Assembly (NCBI GenBank): GCA_965262915.1
Contig: OZ253564.1
Span: 2,112,001-2,176,000 of the forward strand
Direction: 5' to 3'
Origin: Candidatus Spongiisociaceae bacterium
GTDB taxonomy: Bacteria > Actinomycetota > Acidimicrobiia > Spongiisociales > Spongiisociaceae
DNA: 64,000 nucleotides
The notes beneath the pieces are model-generated. The model was not told where the DNA came from. It saw only the letters and a program-made list of their open reading frames with translations, and ran no database searches. The translations under genes and the position numbers were made by a program. Of this stretch, positions 1 through 9,117 are shown piece by piece; position 1 is the first letter of the stretch; each line of letters opens with the position of its first letter.

Positions 1-391
1 CGACGACGAGGATCGCATCCTGATGGTCAAGCGGGGACCCGGATCCTCGCGTCCCGGCCTATGGTCGATCCCGGCCGGTTACATGGACTACGGCGAGGAA
101 GTGCGCGCGGCCGCCGCCCGGGAGTTGATTGAGGAGACCGGCCTGGTCGTCGAGGTCGGGGATCCGGTATTCGTGGCCACCAACTTCCACGACCCGCTCA
201 AGGTCAGCGTGTGCATCTGGTTCTCGGGCACTGTTGTAGGAGGCGATCCCGTCCCCGGATCGGACGCCGTGGATCTCGGGTGGTTCGCCCTGGACGATCT
301 CCCCGAACTTGCTTTCGATACCGACACCGCCCTCATCGAGCGGATGAGAAAAGACAGCATTGTAAGAGAAGAGGAGCGGAACCGGAGGTGA
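1..391 (+). CDS. NUDIX hydrolase (5' truncated by window edge)
   Basis: Nudix box GYMDYGEEVRAAAARELIEETGL; frame is open from the window start (DDEDRILMVKR). Confidence 0.9.
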   Translation, partial: DDEDRILMVKRGPGSSRPGLWSIPAGYMDYGEEVRAAAARELIEETGLVVEVGDPVFVATNFHDPLKVSVCIWFSGTVVGGDPVPGSDAVDLGWFALDDLPELAFDTDTALIERMRKDSIVREEERNRR

Positions 392-434
392 GAAGGCGGA
401 GCCGGAGCTACCTTCGGCTCGGCGGAGGTGATAC

Positions 435-1055
435 GTGCTGAAGGGGAGGGCTTCCCGTCTGGCATGGGGAGCGGTTCTCCTCGCGATCTTCTCATCGTGC
501 CAGGACGTGGAGGGAGCCTATCCTGCCCCGAGGCGCCCCGGGGTCGCCCGTTCTGCTTCCGTCCCGTGCCAAGGCGCGGTCCTCGATGTCTCGGCGGCGC
601 CGGATCACGATCCTTGGGACGTACCCGCCGATCCGGAGTTGCACATCATCGGTGGGATCGCCGCGCTCAGGACCGGCGAGAGCTCCGGCCATGTGCACCA
701 GGTGGCCAGATGGAGTTACGTCGAGGATGGGACGATCGAGTTTCCGGAAGACCCGACGCTGGGCCTCTTCTCGAAGATGCCGCTTTTCGTCCGTAGGGCC
801 GCGGTCTTCGAGCTCCTGGTACCTGAGAGTTTCCGTGATCGGGTCGCCATCGGATTCGGCTCGTCCGGCCCCTCTCTTGCCTTGGCGGTAGGTCCATGTG
901 ACTCCGAGAGGGAGTGGCTCGTATTCACCGGAGGGGTCTGGCTCCCGGAACCAGAGTGCATAACGCTGCAAGCGGTGCTGCAGAACGGCATGACAGAGCC
1001 GATCCACCTGGGCGTCGGCGCGCCCTGCCCCGGACAACAGCCTCCGGTGACCTGA
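435..1055 (+). CDS. Hypothetical lipoprotein
   Basis: Basic N-terminus, hydrophobic stretch and lipobox-like AIFSSC; GGAGG upstream. Confidence 0.6.
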   Translation: MLKGRASRLAWGAVLLAIFSSCQDVEGAYPAPRRPGVARSASVPCQGAVLDVSAAPDHDPWDVPADPELHIIGGIAALRTGESSGHVHQVARWSYVEDGTIEFPEDPTLGLFSKMPLFVRRAAVFELLVPESFRDRVAIGFGSSGPSLALAVGPCDSEREWLVFTGGVWLPEPECITLQAVLQNGMTEPIHLGVGAPCPGQQPPVT

Positions 1056-1135
1056 CCCCGACACATGCGCGGCGGCGCCCTCCACCGGAGCGCCGATCCC
1101 TCCCTACCGACGGGCCCAGTCGGCCACCGGCCGCA

Positions 1136-1741
1136 CTACAGGTTCGGGACGCGACGAGCGCTCTCCATCCAAGGTGTTCCCGGGATCAGGCTGATCACCT
1201 CGCAGTGACGCGGTTTGACCTCATGGAGCCGGTCGAGGGGCTGCCCCGTGAGCGACAGCCGGGCCGCCTGGAGGGGATCCTGGTGGGATACCACCACGAT
1301 CTCAGAACCGAGATGGTGACCGGATAGGGAGGAGATCGCTCCGCTCAGCCGGACGGCGAGGTCCTCGACCGATTCCGGTGCGAAGTCCATCGCCGGCGGG
1401 CGGGTCAGGTAGACGTCGAGTTCGCCCGGATAGTGAGCATCGAGGTCCGACCATCGCAATCCCCTCCACCGTCCCAACAGTGCCCACTCCGTCAGGTCGG
1501 GGACCGTCACCACCCCCGAGTCGTGGTGGGCGGCTATCACCGAAGCCGTTTCCATCGCCCGGTCGAGCGGAGAACTGTAGACCGCCTCGATGGGTCGGGG
1601 GGAGAGGTAGGTCCCCGCCCATCCGGCCTGGCGCCGGCCCCGCCGGCTGAGGTTGAAACCGGGCAGGTCGGCGTAGACGACTTGGTCAGGGTTCTCGACC
1701 TCGCCGTGTCGGACCAGATGCACCACAGAGGCCATGGACAT
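1136..1741 (-). CDS. Histidine phosphatase family protein
   Basis: VHLVRHGE motif, YSSPLDRA, VVVSH; start placed at MSMASVV rather than the long ORF-track start. Confidence 0.9.
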   Translation of the reverse strand: MSMASVVHLVRHGEVENPDQVVYADLPGFNLSRRGRRQAGWAGTYLSPRPIEAVYSSPLDRAMETASVIAAHHDSGVVTVPDLTEWALLGRWRGLRWSDLDAHYPGELDVYLTRPPAMDFAPESVEDLAVRLSGAISSLSGHHLGSEIVVVSHQDPLQAARLSLTGQPLDRLHEVKPRHCEVISLIPGTPWMESARRVPNL

Positions 1742-1879
1742 CGAGGGTAATAGCCGCTGGTCGGTCTGCGAAGCGGAGCTGTCGCTCGGCCGGCCGCGGG
1801 CGGTCTGTCTGTGAACGGCGTGGTGGCAAGCAGGGCACGGCAGGTTGTCCTGCGGACAGACCGCTAGGTTTGGCGGCAC

Positions 1880-3067
1880 ATGGCTGAGCCCCGTATCGCC
1901 GAGCCGATCCTGCATGTGGACATGGATGCGTTCTTCGTTGAGGTCGAGCGCCTCGACGATCCGGGCCTGCGCGGTCGCCCGGTCGTGGTGGGGGGCGAAG
2001 GCCGCCGTGGCGTGGTCGCCTCCGCTTCGTACGAGGCCAGGGCGTCGGGGGTTCACTCGGCCATGCCCATGAGCAGGGCCCGCCGGATGTGTCCGGGTCT
2101 GGTCGTCGTTGCTTCCCGCCACGAACGTTACCGGGAGGTTTCCGAGAGGGTCCTCTCGATCTTCGGCGACTTCACGCCGTTGGTCGAGGGATTGTCCATG
2201 GACGAGGCCTTCCTCGATGTCCGGGGCCTCCGCAGGCACTACCGAGATACCCGGGCGGTGGCGGAGGCCATCCGGGCTCGTATCAGGAACCACTTGAGGT
2301 TGCCGGCTTCGGTAGGGGCCGCCACTTCCCTCTACGTGGCGAAGATGGCCTCCGCCCGCGCCAAACCCGACGGGGTATTCATCGTCACGGCCGGCGCCGA
2401 GATGGCCTTTCTGCACGGTCTGGCCACCGAGGAGCTGTGGGGGGTCGGAAAGGCCACCAGGCGCCGGCTCTCCGATCTGGGGATCGAGACGGTGCGGGAT
2501 CTCGCCCGAGTTCCCGCATCGCTGCTACGCCAGCACCTGGGTGAGGCGGTGGGTAGGCACCTCCACCGCCTGGCGAACGGGATCGATGAGCGGATCGTCA
2601 CCCCTCACGGTTCAGCCAGATCTATATCGGTGGAGCAGACCTACGGGGATGACATCGCGGGGGAAGAAGTTCTGCGTGCCGAGTTGCTCCACCATTCCGA
2701 CCAGGTTGCCTGGCGGCTCAGGCGGGCGAGCCTGGCTGGACGTACGGTGTCGATCAAGCTCCGGTACCCCGATTTCACCACCTTTACCCGCTCCGAGACC
2801 CTGAAGGCCGGCACCGCCGTGACCCGGGATATCTACCAGGCGTGCTGTCGGCTGCTGGAGCGGGCTGGGGTAGGGGATCGTCCGGTCCGGCTTCTGGGTG
2901 TGGCCGTTAGCGGTTTGCAACCCGACGACGCGCCCCGGCAGTTGTTGATCGATCGGGAGGCGCGCTGGGAGGACCTGGCGGAAGCGGTCGATGGCGTGAG
3001 GGCCAGGTTCGGTCGGAGGGCGGTGGAACCCGCCCGGCTCCGGACCCCCAAGTCCGCCGGTGGTTGA
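1880..3067 (+). CDS. dinB: DNA polymerase IV (Y family)
   Basis: ILHVDMDAFF, SYEAR, SMDEAFLD, KPDG motifs. Confidence 0.95.
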   Translation: MAEPRIAEPILHVDMDAFFVEVERLDDPGLRGRPVVVGGEGRRGVVASASYEARASGVHSAMPMSRARRMCPGLVVVASRHERYREVSERVLSIFGDFTPLVEGLSMDEAFLDVRGLRRHYRDTRAVAEAIRARIRNHLRLPASVGAATSLYVAKMASARAKPDGVFIVTAGAEMAFLHGLATEELWGVGKATRRRLSDLGIETVRDLARVPASLLRQHLGEAVGRHLHRLANGIDERIVTPHGSARSISVEQTYGDDIAGEEVLRAELLHHSDQVAWRLRRASLAGRTVSIKLRYPDFTTFTRSETLKAGTAVTRDIYQACCRLLERAGVGDRPVRLLGVAVSGLQPDDAPRQLLIDREARWEDLAEAVDGVRARFGRRAVEPARLRTPKSAGG

Positions 3068-3283
3068 CGGTTGACCTCTCGGCCCAGGCCACCGGCCGCT
3101 TTCGATGCTGTCTACGCTTAGTCGTGGAAGGGCGCCGAAAAACGCGTAAGTGGTTGGCCCGTCGTCCGCTGATGGGGCGTTCTGTCATCGACCGTCGGGC
3201 CGTTGGGGGTTTCCCCACCACCCCCCTAGCCGGTAGGGCGACGTATACTATGGGCGGGCGCACACAAAGTTGGAGCGGCTTCT

Positions 3284-3649
3284 ATGCCATTGAATGAGCG
3301 GGAGCAGCAGATCCTTGAGGAGATCGAGAGGCAGTTCCGCGTCGAGGATCCGGAGTTCACGCGCAAGACATCATCATCCCTTTCTCGTCTCGACCAGCGG
3401 AACCCCCGCGTCCCCGTAGCCGGGGCGGCGGTCGGGATGCTGTTGCTCGCCACTTACTGGGTCGGTACGGTGTGGCCCTCGGTCCCGACGGCGCTGACGG
3501 TTGTGTTGGCGCTGGCTGGGTTCGGCCTCATGGTCCTCTCGGTGAGTGCGCTGGTTCAGGCACGGCGTGGTTCCAGCCAGGATTCGGGCGGTGCTTCCGG
3601 GGATTTCTTGTCGAGCGCGAGAAACTCCCGCTGGCCGTTCCGTCGCTGA
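3284..3649 (+). CDS. DUF3040 family membrane protein
   Basis: MPLNEREQQILEEIERQF..EDP N-terminus plus two TM segments; usual actinobacterial position between dinB and mraZ. Confidence 0.8.
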   Translation: MPLNEREQQILEEIERQFRVEDPEFTRKTSSSLSRLDQRNPRVPVAGAAVGMLLLATYWVGTVWPSVPTALTVVLALAGFGLMVLSVSALVQARRGSSQDSGGASGDFLSSARNSRWPFRR

Positions 3650-3816
3650 GGGCTCGCCTCCGGTAGGATTACGCCGACTCTGAGGCGGAGGGCTCAACCA
3701 TAACGTTCGGTCCTCCCCACGCGGTTGCATGCAACCGTCCGGCGCGGGAGTGCACAACGGCACGAAGAACAAACCGGGGTGCTCCGGCGTACCCCACTGG
3801 TCCGAGGGAGACAGTC

Positions 3817-4308
3817 TTGCAAGAAGGATTCACCGCCGACCAGGCATCCCGGCTGACGGGATGCACCCAGTCCCAACTCCGATACTGGGACAAAGTTCGA
3901 CTGGTCCAGCCATCGATACAGCGAACGGGAGGTCGTGCCGGCGTCCGACGAATCTATTCATTCCGGGATCTGGTGATACTTCGAGTTGTGAGGAGCCTGA
4001 AGGACAACGGAATGTCACTGCAGCGGATCCGGCGTGCATGGAATTACCTGCGCCGCAACGGCGTAGACCCCCGTGGGGTGAAGCTGGTGACCGACGGGGT
4101 TTCAATCTTCCGGATCGCGCACGACGATGACGAATTACTCGATGCGCTCCGTGAAGGTCAGTTGGCGTTCTTCGTGGCGTTGGACGAGATCACCCAGAGC
4201 GTCGAGGAGGATGTCAGCCTGTTCGAATTGGATCGTGACCGGTTCCTTACCTTCCTGCGCGGGAGCCGGGAGGACGTTCGGCGCCGAGTCGAGGGTGGCA
4301 CGGGTTAG
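3817..4308 (+). CDS. MerR-family regulator, Rv1830/McdR-like
   Basis: QLRYWD..LVQPS..RRIYSFRDL..GMSLQRIR MerR HTH; LVTDG..LREGQ C-terminal pattern recalls the Rv1830 family. Confidence 0.8.
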   Translation: MQEGFTADQASRLTGCTQSQLRYWDKVRLVQPSIQRTGGRAGVRRIYSFRDLVILRVVRSLKDNGMSLQRIRRAWNYLRRNGVDPRGVKLVTDGVSIFRIAHDDDELLDALREGQLAFFVALDEITQSVEEDVSLFELDRDRFLTFLRGSREDVRRRVEGGTG

Positions 4309-4429
4309 CCGGTGGTCCGTCTGTAAACCAACTTGCCGTGCCCTGCAGCCGCGACGCTATTTCACAAGTAGACCGTCGCTGGTTGGTGGCTGACGGGAGG
4401 GGGAGCAACTCGGTGGTCGTTGAAGGGCT

Positions 4430-4681
4430 TTGATGGGTGCCTTGGGGAAGGTGTTCCTGGGGGTGGTGGTTCGCCATCCGTCCTTGGCGCCCGAAGCGGT
4501 GCGCTTGGCGCTCGCGACCAGCGCGCCCGGCTGGCTGGGCAAGTTCCCGTTTCTTCCCCGCCCGGAGCCGGTCTACCGGGATTGGCGGTTGGTAACCGCC
4601 TACGGGCGCAGGGACTGCCTCCCGTCGCCGACCGAGATGGAGGAGTTCCTCCGCTGGCGGCGCAGCATGAGAAGGTTGTAG
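4430..4681 (+). CDS. Small hypothetical protein
   Basis: 83-aa ORF with protein-like composition (GWLGKFPFLPRP..YRDWRLVTAYG); no family recognised. Confidence 0.6.
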   Translation: MMGALGKVFLGVVVRHPSLAPEAVRLALATSAPGWLGKFPFLPRPEPVYRDWRLVTAYGRRDCLPSPTEMEEFLRWRRSMRRL

Positions 4682-4717
4682 CGATCAGGTCCACCCGAAA
4701 ACCCACCCGGCCACCGA

Positions 4718-5290
4718 TCAATATGGCTCGTTGCCGGGCCTCCACTTTATCGAGCACCCCATGGAGGGATACTGGTCCTCGGGGACCGGCCGATCACCCA
4801 GGACGGCTTCGACGGCGGCCCTCAAGTCCTTGCCGGTGACGGGTACTCCCGAGTTGGGCCGGGAGCTGTCGAATCTTCCCCGGTACGCGAGGGTCCGGTT
4901 CGGGCCGAACAGGAAGAAGTCCGGAGTGCATGCCGCCGTGTAAGCCTTGGCCACTTCCTGGGTTTCGTCGTAAAGAACCGGAAACCCGTAACCGCGCTCG
5001 CGAGCCACGGCGCCGAGCCGGTCGGGAGCGTCGTCGGGATAGGTTTCGGCGTCGTTGGCGCTGATGCTGACGATGTGCACGTCCGATCCTGCGTAATCGT
5101 TACCCAAATCGACCAGGCCTTGCTGGATATGAACCACATAGGGACAGTGATTGCACAGGAACACGACTACCAGTGCCTTCCGGTCCGCCAGATCGGCGAG
5201 GCGGACGCGATCTCCGCCTACCGTATCGGCCAGGTCGAAGTCGGGAGCGGGAGTCCCGAGTGCCAGCATCGTGGACTTTTCAGCAGACAT
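4718..5290 (-). CDS. Thioredoxin-fold / AhpC-TSA (PRX-like) protein
   Basis: APDF, CNHCPYV, ACTPDFF, YRGRFD, SMGCSIKW. Confidence 0.9.
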   Translation of the reverse strand: MSAEKSTMLALGTPAPDFDLADTVGGDRVRLADLADRKALVVVFLCNHCPYVVHIQQGLVDLGNDYAGSDVHIVSISANDAETYPDDAPDRLGAVARERGYGFPVLYDETQEVAKAYTAACTPDFFLFGPNRTLAYRGRFDSSRPNSGVPVTGKDLRAAVEAVLGDRPVPEDQYPSMGCSIKWRPGNEPY

Positions 5291-5335
5291 TGTCGAACTC
5301 CGGGTCGGGGACAGATCCGGGAGAAGCGTAGCGTC

Positions 5336-5424
5336 GTTGTCGGTTGTCGGTTGTCGGTTGTCGGTTGTCGGTTGTCGGTTGTCGGTTGTCGGTTGTCCGT
5401 TGTCCGTTGTCCGTTGTCCGTTGT
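5336..5424. repeat. Heptamer tandem array (GTTGTCG)x8 + (GTTGTCC)x4 + partial unit
   Basis: Read directly from the sequence; intergenic. Confidence 0.97.
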
Positions 5425-5503
5425 GACTCTTACGGGTATTCGGCTATGAGGTGACTCTTGCTAGCGAGGGCTAGGTGGGGTAGCCGTTGCCTGACACCTG
5501 ATC

Positions 5504-6010
5504 TCAGGCCGGCTCGGCCAGGAGGTAGGGATCCCATCGCGGGTCGCGTGACTTGCCCAGGGCCGCGTACAACCATCCCTGGTAGCTCGGGGTGGCGGGA
5601 GTTCTCTTCAGCTTGAGCCCGGCCTGGTCGGGAAGCCGGCTCCCTTTGCGGATGTTGCATCGACGGCAGCACGCCACCACGTTCTCCCAGGTGTGCTTGC
5701 CTCCGTGAGCCTTCGGCACGACATGGTCCAGGCTCTCGGCCGGTGCCCGGCAGTACTGGCATCGGTGGCTATCGCGGGCGAACACCGCGGTGCGGGTCAG
5801 GGGGACCCGCCGGTGGTAGGGAACCTTGACGTAATCGCGGAGCCGCACCACCGAAGGCACCTCGAAGGTATGTTCGGCGCTGTGCCAGATTTGGTCGGCC
5901 GTCGCCACCGTGTCCGCCTTGGCGCGCAGAACCAGGACCACCGCCCGGCGGGCGCTCACGATGGATAGGGGCTCGTAAGTTGCGTTGAGAACCAATGCTC
6001 GTTCGGTCAA
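5504..6010 (-). CDS. HNH endonuclease (McrA-like)
   Basis: LVLNATYEPL N-terminus, RD..CQYC, DHVVP..GG..WENVVACC..CN; probable TTG start. Confidence 0.9.
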   Translation of the reverse strand: MTERALVLNATYEPLSIVSARRAVVLVLRAKADTVATADQIWHSAEHTFEVPSVVRLRDYVKVPYHRRVPLTRTAVFARDSHRCQYCRAPAESLDHVVPKAHGGKHTWENVVACCRRCNIRKGSRLPDQAGLKLKRTPATPSYQGWLYAALGKSRDPRWDPYLLAEPA

Positions 6011-6155
6011 ACCGATGCTTCTCCGGTGCTGGGTGGCTACCGATCGGGTAGACGATAACAAGCCTCCTGGATGATCCGACCCTCTCCCGGTCGCCGGCTT
6101 CACCTGCGGCGAGGGAGTCGTGAGGGTGCCTGCTCTGTCGCCGCGCGCTCCCGGC

Positions 6156-6596
6156 TCAGCTGCAACCGGAGCAGAGGCCTCCGATCTCGAGGGTGTGACC
6201 GGTGGCGGTGAAGTCCCGCAGACGGGTCGCTCCAGATACCAGAGTGTTGAGGATGGCCTCCGAATCCTCCGAGAGTTCGATGTCGTCGACCGTGCCGCAG
6301 ATGTCGCATACGAGATGGTGGTGGTGACCCATCAGCCACTCGGCGAGCTCGTAGCGCGTGACGCCACCGCCCCCGTGGTGGGGCGCCAGTACGCCGACGC
6401 CGGTCAGGACGGCAAGGGAACGGTACAGTGACGAGAGCGGAACCGCCCGGTCGAGTTGCCTGTGTATGTCCGACGCCGATCGTGGGCCATCCGACCTGGC
6501 CAGAGCTTGTATCACGTACCGTCGTCCCTTCGTGTACCGGATGTCGGACTCGGTAAGGCGCGATACGATCTGCTGCTCTATCTGTGGACTGACCAT
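6156..6596 (-). CDS. Fur/Zur family transcriptional regulator
   Basis: SSLYRSL, HHHHLVCDICG and terminal CSGC. Confidence 0.9.
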   Translation of the reverse strand: MVSPQIEQQIVSRLTESDIRYTKGRRYVIQALARSDGPRSASDIHRQLDRAVPLSSLYRSLAVLTGVGVLAPHHGGGGVTRYELAEWLMGHHHHLVCDICGTVDDIELSEDSEAILNTLVSGATRLRDFTATGHTLEIGGLCSGCS

Positions 6597-6864
6597 GCTT
6601 CTCCCGTTCGTCCTCTTGGTCGGGAATGGCTCGATCGGGAAGGCGCGAACTGCCTCGAGATGGATCGAGTCTCAATAGGTGTTCCCATTGTAGCCGCCGA
6701 ATCGGGAAACCCTGTGCGATGTGACCGCCCTGGCCGGTAGCTGATTCTCCACTACCGGATTGCCACATCTCTCCACCGCTGTCCGTCCGGGTGCCGGCCG
6801 CCAAGCACGGAATCAAACCAGGTTACCCCGCTTGTCCTGCCCGCTGGGGTAGGAAAGTTCTGGT

Positions 6865-6904
6865 AAAGTGGTAGAAAGTGGTATGAAATGGCATAGAATG
6901 GGTG
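6865..6904 (+). promoter_or_regulatory. MraZ-binding direct repeats
   Basis: Four RTGG boxes at 10-bp spacing (AAAGTGG, AAAGTGG, GAAATGG, AGAATGG) just upstream of mraZ. Confidence 0.75.
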
Positions 6905-6961
6905 TAGAATCAGCCTGACCCCACTGCGCCCACCCGGGCGGACGGCAAGAAACGAGACCAG

Positions 6962-7393
6962 GTGTTCCTCAGCCAGTACAGGCACACGGTTGATAAGAAA
7001 GGGCGGGTAGTACTCCCTGCCCGATTCCGGGACAAGTTGATGAAGGGTTGTGTCATCACGAAGGGACAGGAACGTTGCCTCTACGTATTCCCGCTGGACA
7101 GGTGGGAACAAGAGGTGGAGAAATACCGGATGCTGCCCCGGACAGACGCACGTGCCCGCCGCCTCACGAGGGCGTTCTTCGCCGGAGCCATCCACCAGGA
7201 GATGGATGCAGCCGGCCGGGTGCAGATCCCCGTGCGGTTACGGGAGTACGCCGGCCTCATGAGAGAGGTAACGGTTATCGGCGTCGAGGAACGCGCCGAG
7301 ATATGGGACTCGGCTTCCTGGGACCGCTACGACGAGGAGGCTGACAACTACTACTCGAATATCGAGGAGGCACTTTCGGAATTCGGTATCTGA
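6962..7393 (+). CDS. mraZ: Division/cell-wall cluster repressor MraZ
   Basis: Two DxxGR repeats (VDKKGRV, MDAAGRV), EIWD; first gene of the dcw cluster. Confidence 0.97.
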   Translation: MFLSQYRHTVDKKGRVVLPARFRDKLMKGCVITKGQERCLYVFPLDRWEQEVEKYRMLPRTDARARRLTRAFFAGAIHQEMDAAGRVQIPVRLREYAGLMREVTVIGVEERAEIWDSASWDRYDEEADNYYSNIEEALSEFGI

Positions 7394-7418
7394 CAACACC
7401 GCCCGGGCCGGATCGATG

Positions 7419-7518
7419 ACCTGCTCATCGCCAGCCCTCCGGACACCAATGGACTGCCCTTACTCCGCCCGCATTCTACTTGGTACCCAACAACCGGGGG
7501 GCTGGCAATGAGCCAGGT
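7419..7518 (+). ncRNA. Long hairpin between mraZ and rsmH, mraW-RNA-motif-like
   Basis: ACCTG/CAGGT, CTCAT/ATGAG, GCCAGCC/GGCTGGC, CTCCGG/CCGGGG, ACCAA/TTGGT and TGC/GCA pair around a pyrimidine-rich loop CCTTACTCCGCCC. Confidence 0.6.
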
Positions 7519-8446
7519 AATCGATACTGAATATACCGCGTACGGTCATCCTTATCACCGGCCCGTGATGGTCGAGGAAGTAGTGGACCTCTTCCGGCCG
7601 CTGACCGATGGCGTGATCATCGACGCCACCTATGGCGGAGGTGGTCATACCAAAGCCCTGCTCGACCGGCTGGGAGGTGGCATATCCATCCTGGGGATCG
7701 ACCGGGATCCGGAGGCGATCGACCGGGCCCCGGATCGCGATCGGTTGGTTCTGGTTGCCGGGAACTTCCGCGAGCTGGACACGATCATCGAGATGCACGG
7801 GATCGAAGAGATCGCCGGTGTGCTGTTCGACCTCGGTGTGTCCGGTCGCCAGCTGGATGAAGCTCGGCGGGGGTTCTCCTATCGTCAGGACGGGCCGCTC
7901 GACATGCGTATGGGCCCCGATGCCGCCGTTTCCGCCGACGAAGTGGTCAACGGGACGCCGGTCCCGGAACTGACCCGCCTCATCCGGACCCTCGGTGAGG
8001 AGCGGTTTGCCCATCGTGTAGCCCGGGCCATAGCCGCCGCTCGCCCGATCACCACCACCCGGCATCTCGCCTCAGTGGTGAAGGATGCCATCCCGGCGGC
8101 GACGCGCCGCTCGGGGGGTCACCCGGCCCGGCGCACATTCCAGGCCGTGAGGATGGCGGTCAACGACGAGTTGGGAGCGCTGTCATCGGGGCTCGATCGT
8201 GGGATCCGGGTACTGCGTCCCGGTGGCCGGTGTGTGGCCATCGCGTACCACTCTCTCGAGGACCGGGTCGTCAAGCAGAGGTTCCGCCATGGCGAAGGTC
8301 GCACACCCGGTCCTACCCTTCCCGTCCCGCCGCCCATTGAGTTGGTCGTGCTGACCCGGAAGCCCGTACGTCCCCGCCCCGAGGAGGTGGTCGGTAACCG
8401 GAGGGCGCGGAGCTCCCGCCTGCGCGCCGCGGAGAAGGCGGCATGA
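7508..8446 (+). CDS. rsmH: 16S rRNA m4C1402 methyltransferase
   Basis: HRPVM, DATYGGGGH, DLGVS, PLDMRM, FQAVRMAVNDEL, YHSLEDR. Confidence 0.97.
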   Translation: MSQVIDTEYTAYGHPYHRPVMVEEVVDLFRPLTDGVIIDATYGGGGHTKALLDRLGGGISILGIDRDPEAIDRAPDRDRLVLVAGNFRELDTIIEMHGIEEIAGVLFDLGVSGRQLDEARRGFSYRQDGPLDMRMGPDAAVSADEVVNGTPVPELTRLIRTLGEERFAHRVARAIAAARPITTTRHLASVVKDAIPAATRRSGGHPARRTFQAVRMAVNDELGALSSGLDRGIRVLRPGGRCVAIAYHSLEDRVVKQRFRHGEGRTPGPTLPVPPPIELVVLTRKPVRPRPEEVVGNRRARSSRLRAAEKAA

Positions 8447-8895
8447 CGGTCCGATCCCTACCCGACACGGTTGCCACTCCGGCGAGGCTCCGGGTCATTA
8501 CGGGGCATGCGCGATCCCTGTCCCGTGCGCTGGTGTGGTCCTTCTATACGGTGGCCACGGTGGTTGCGTTTCTCACGTTGATCTTCCTTCGTACTGCCGT
8601 CGATGAGTCGGTGTTCGAGATTCGGGAGTTGGAGGGGCGGATAGAGGTCGAGTTGGCGCGACAGCACCGACTCCACCTCCAGAAGATCCGCCTTGAGTCC
8701 CCCGGAGAGATCGTTCCGATCGCCGAGAACATGTTGGGCATGGTGCTGCCGGAAGATGTGATACCGGTCACGGTGGGGGTGCAGGCCGGCGGAGATGCCA
8801 ATGGCGCCGGCTCAACCACCGGAGCCCGTGCTGGCGCGTTACCCGAACCGCCGAGCGTCCCGAGTGCCGGCGACCCGGTCACCTCGAACAAATAG
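8443..8895 (+). CDS. ftsL: FtsL-like cell division protein
   Basis: Single TM, coiled coil, LESPGEI..A..LGM; lies between rsmH and ftsI. Confidence 0.7.
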   Translation: MTVRSLPDTVATPARLRVITGHARSLSRALVWSFYTVATVVAFLTLIFLRTAVDESVFEIRELEGRIEVELARQHRLHLQKIRLESPGEIVPIAENMLGMVLPEDVIPVTVGVQAGGDANGAGSTTGARAGALPEPPSVPSAGDPVTSNK

Positions 8896-9117
8896 CGATG
8901 GGCTGAGAGTATGTCGAAGGGGCGCGAAGCGGGCATGGGGACGCAAGACCGTCCTGGTCGTTCCGGTCGACGGGGCGTTTGTTCTGCTGGAGGCGACACG
9001 GGCCTCGGCCGATCTTCCTACCCGGGTTGTCGCCGGCACAGGGTCGCTTCATGTCCTCGGTACGGATCGGGTGGGTGCCCGACGGCATCCGGCTGCTGTT
9101 CACCGGAGGCGTAGCCT

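Noticed and set aside
1840-1880. SOS box or RecA-NDp promoter at dinB
   Set aside because: No GAAC-N4-GTTC, and the TGTC to -10 spacing does not fit.
1742-2416. Long N-terminal extension of the phosphatase ORF
   Set aside because: It overlaps dinB on the opposite strand, and the RHGE motif marks the true N-terminus near 1741.
5336-5424. CRISPR array or coding repeat (SVVGCRL ORFs)
   Set aside because: Units are 7 bp with no spacers and no cas genes. The overlapping ORFs are by-products of the repeat.
6673-6690. Fur/Zur box upstream of the fur-like gene (CAATAGGTGTTCCCATTG)
   Set aside because: Only 6 of 9 palindromic pairs and a poor fit to known boxes; too weak to call.
8896-9117. Gene or RNA in the ftsL-ftsI gap
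   Set aside because: ORFs there lack motifs, and the short matches to 58240-58262 are in a different order, consistent with chance.
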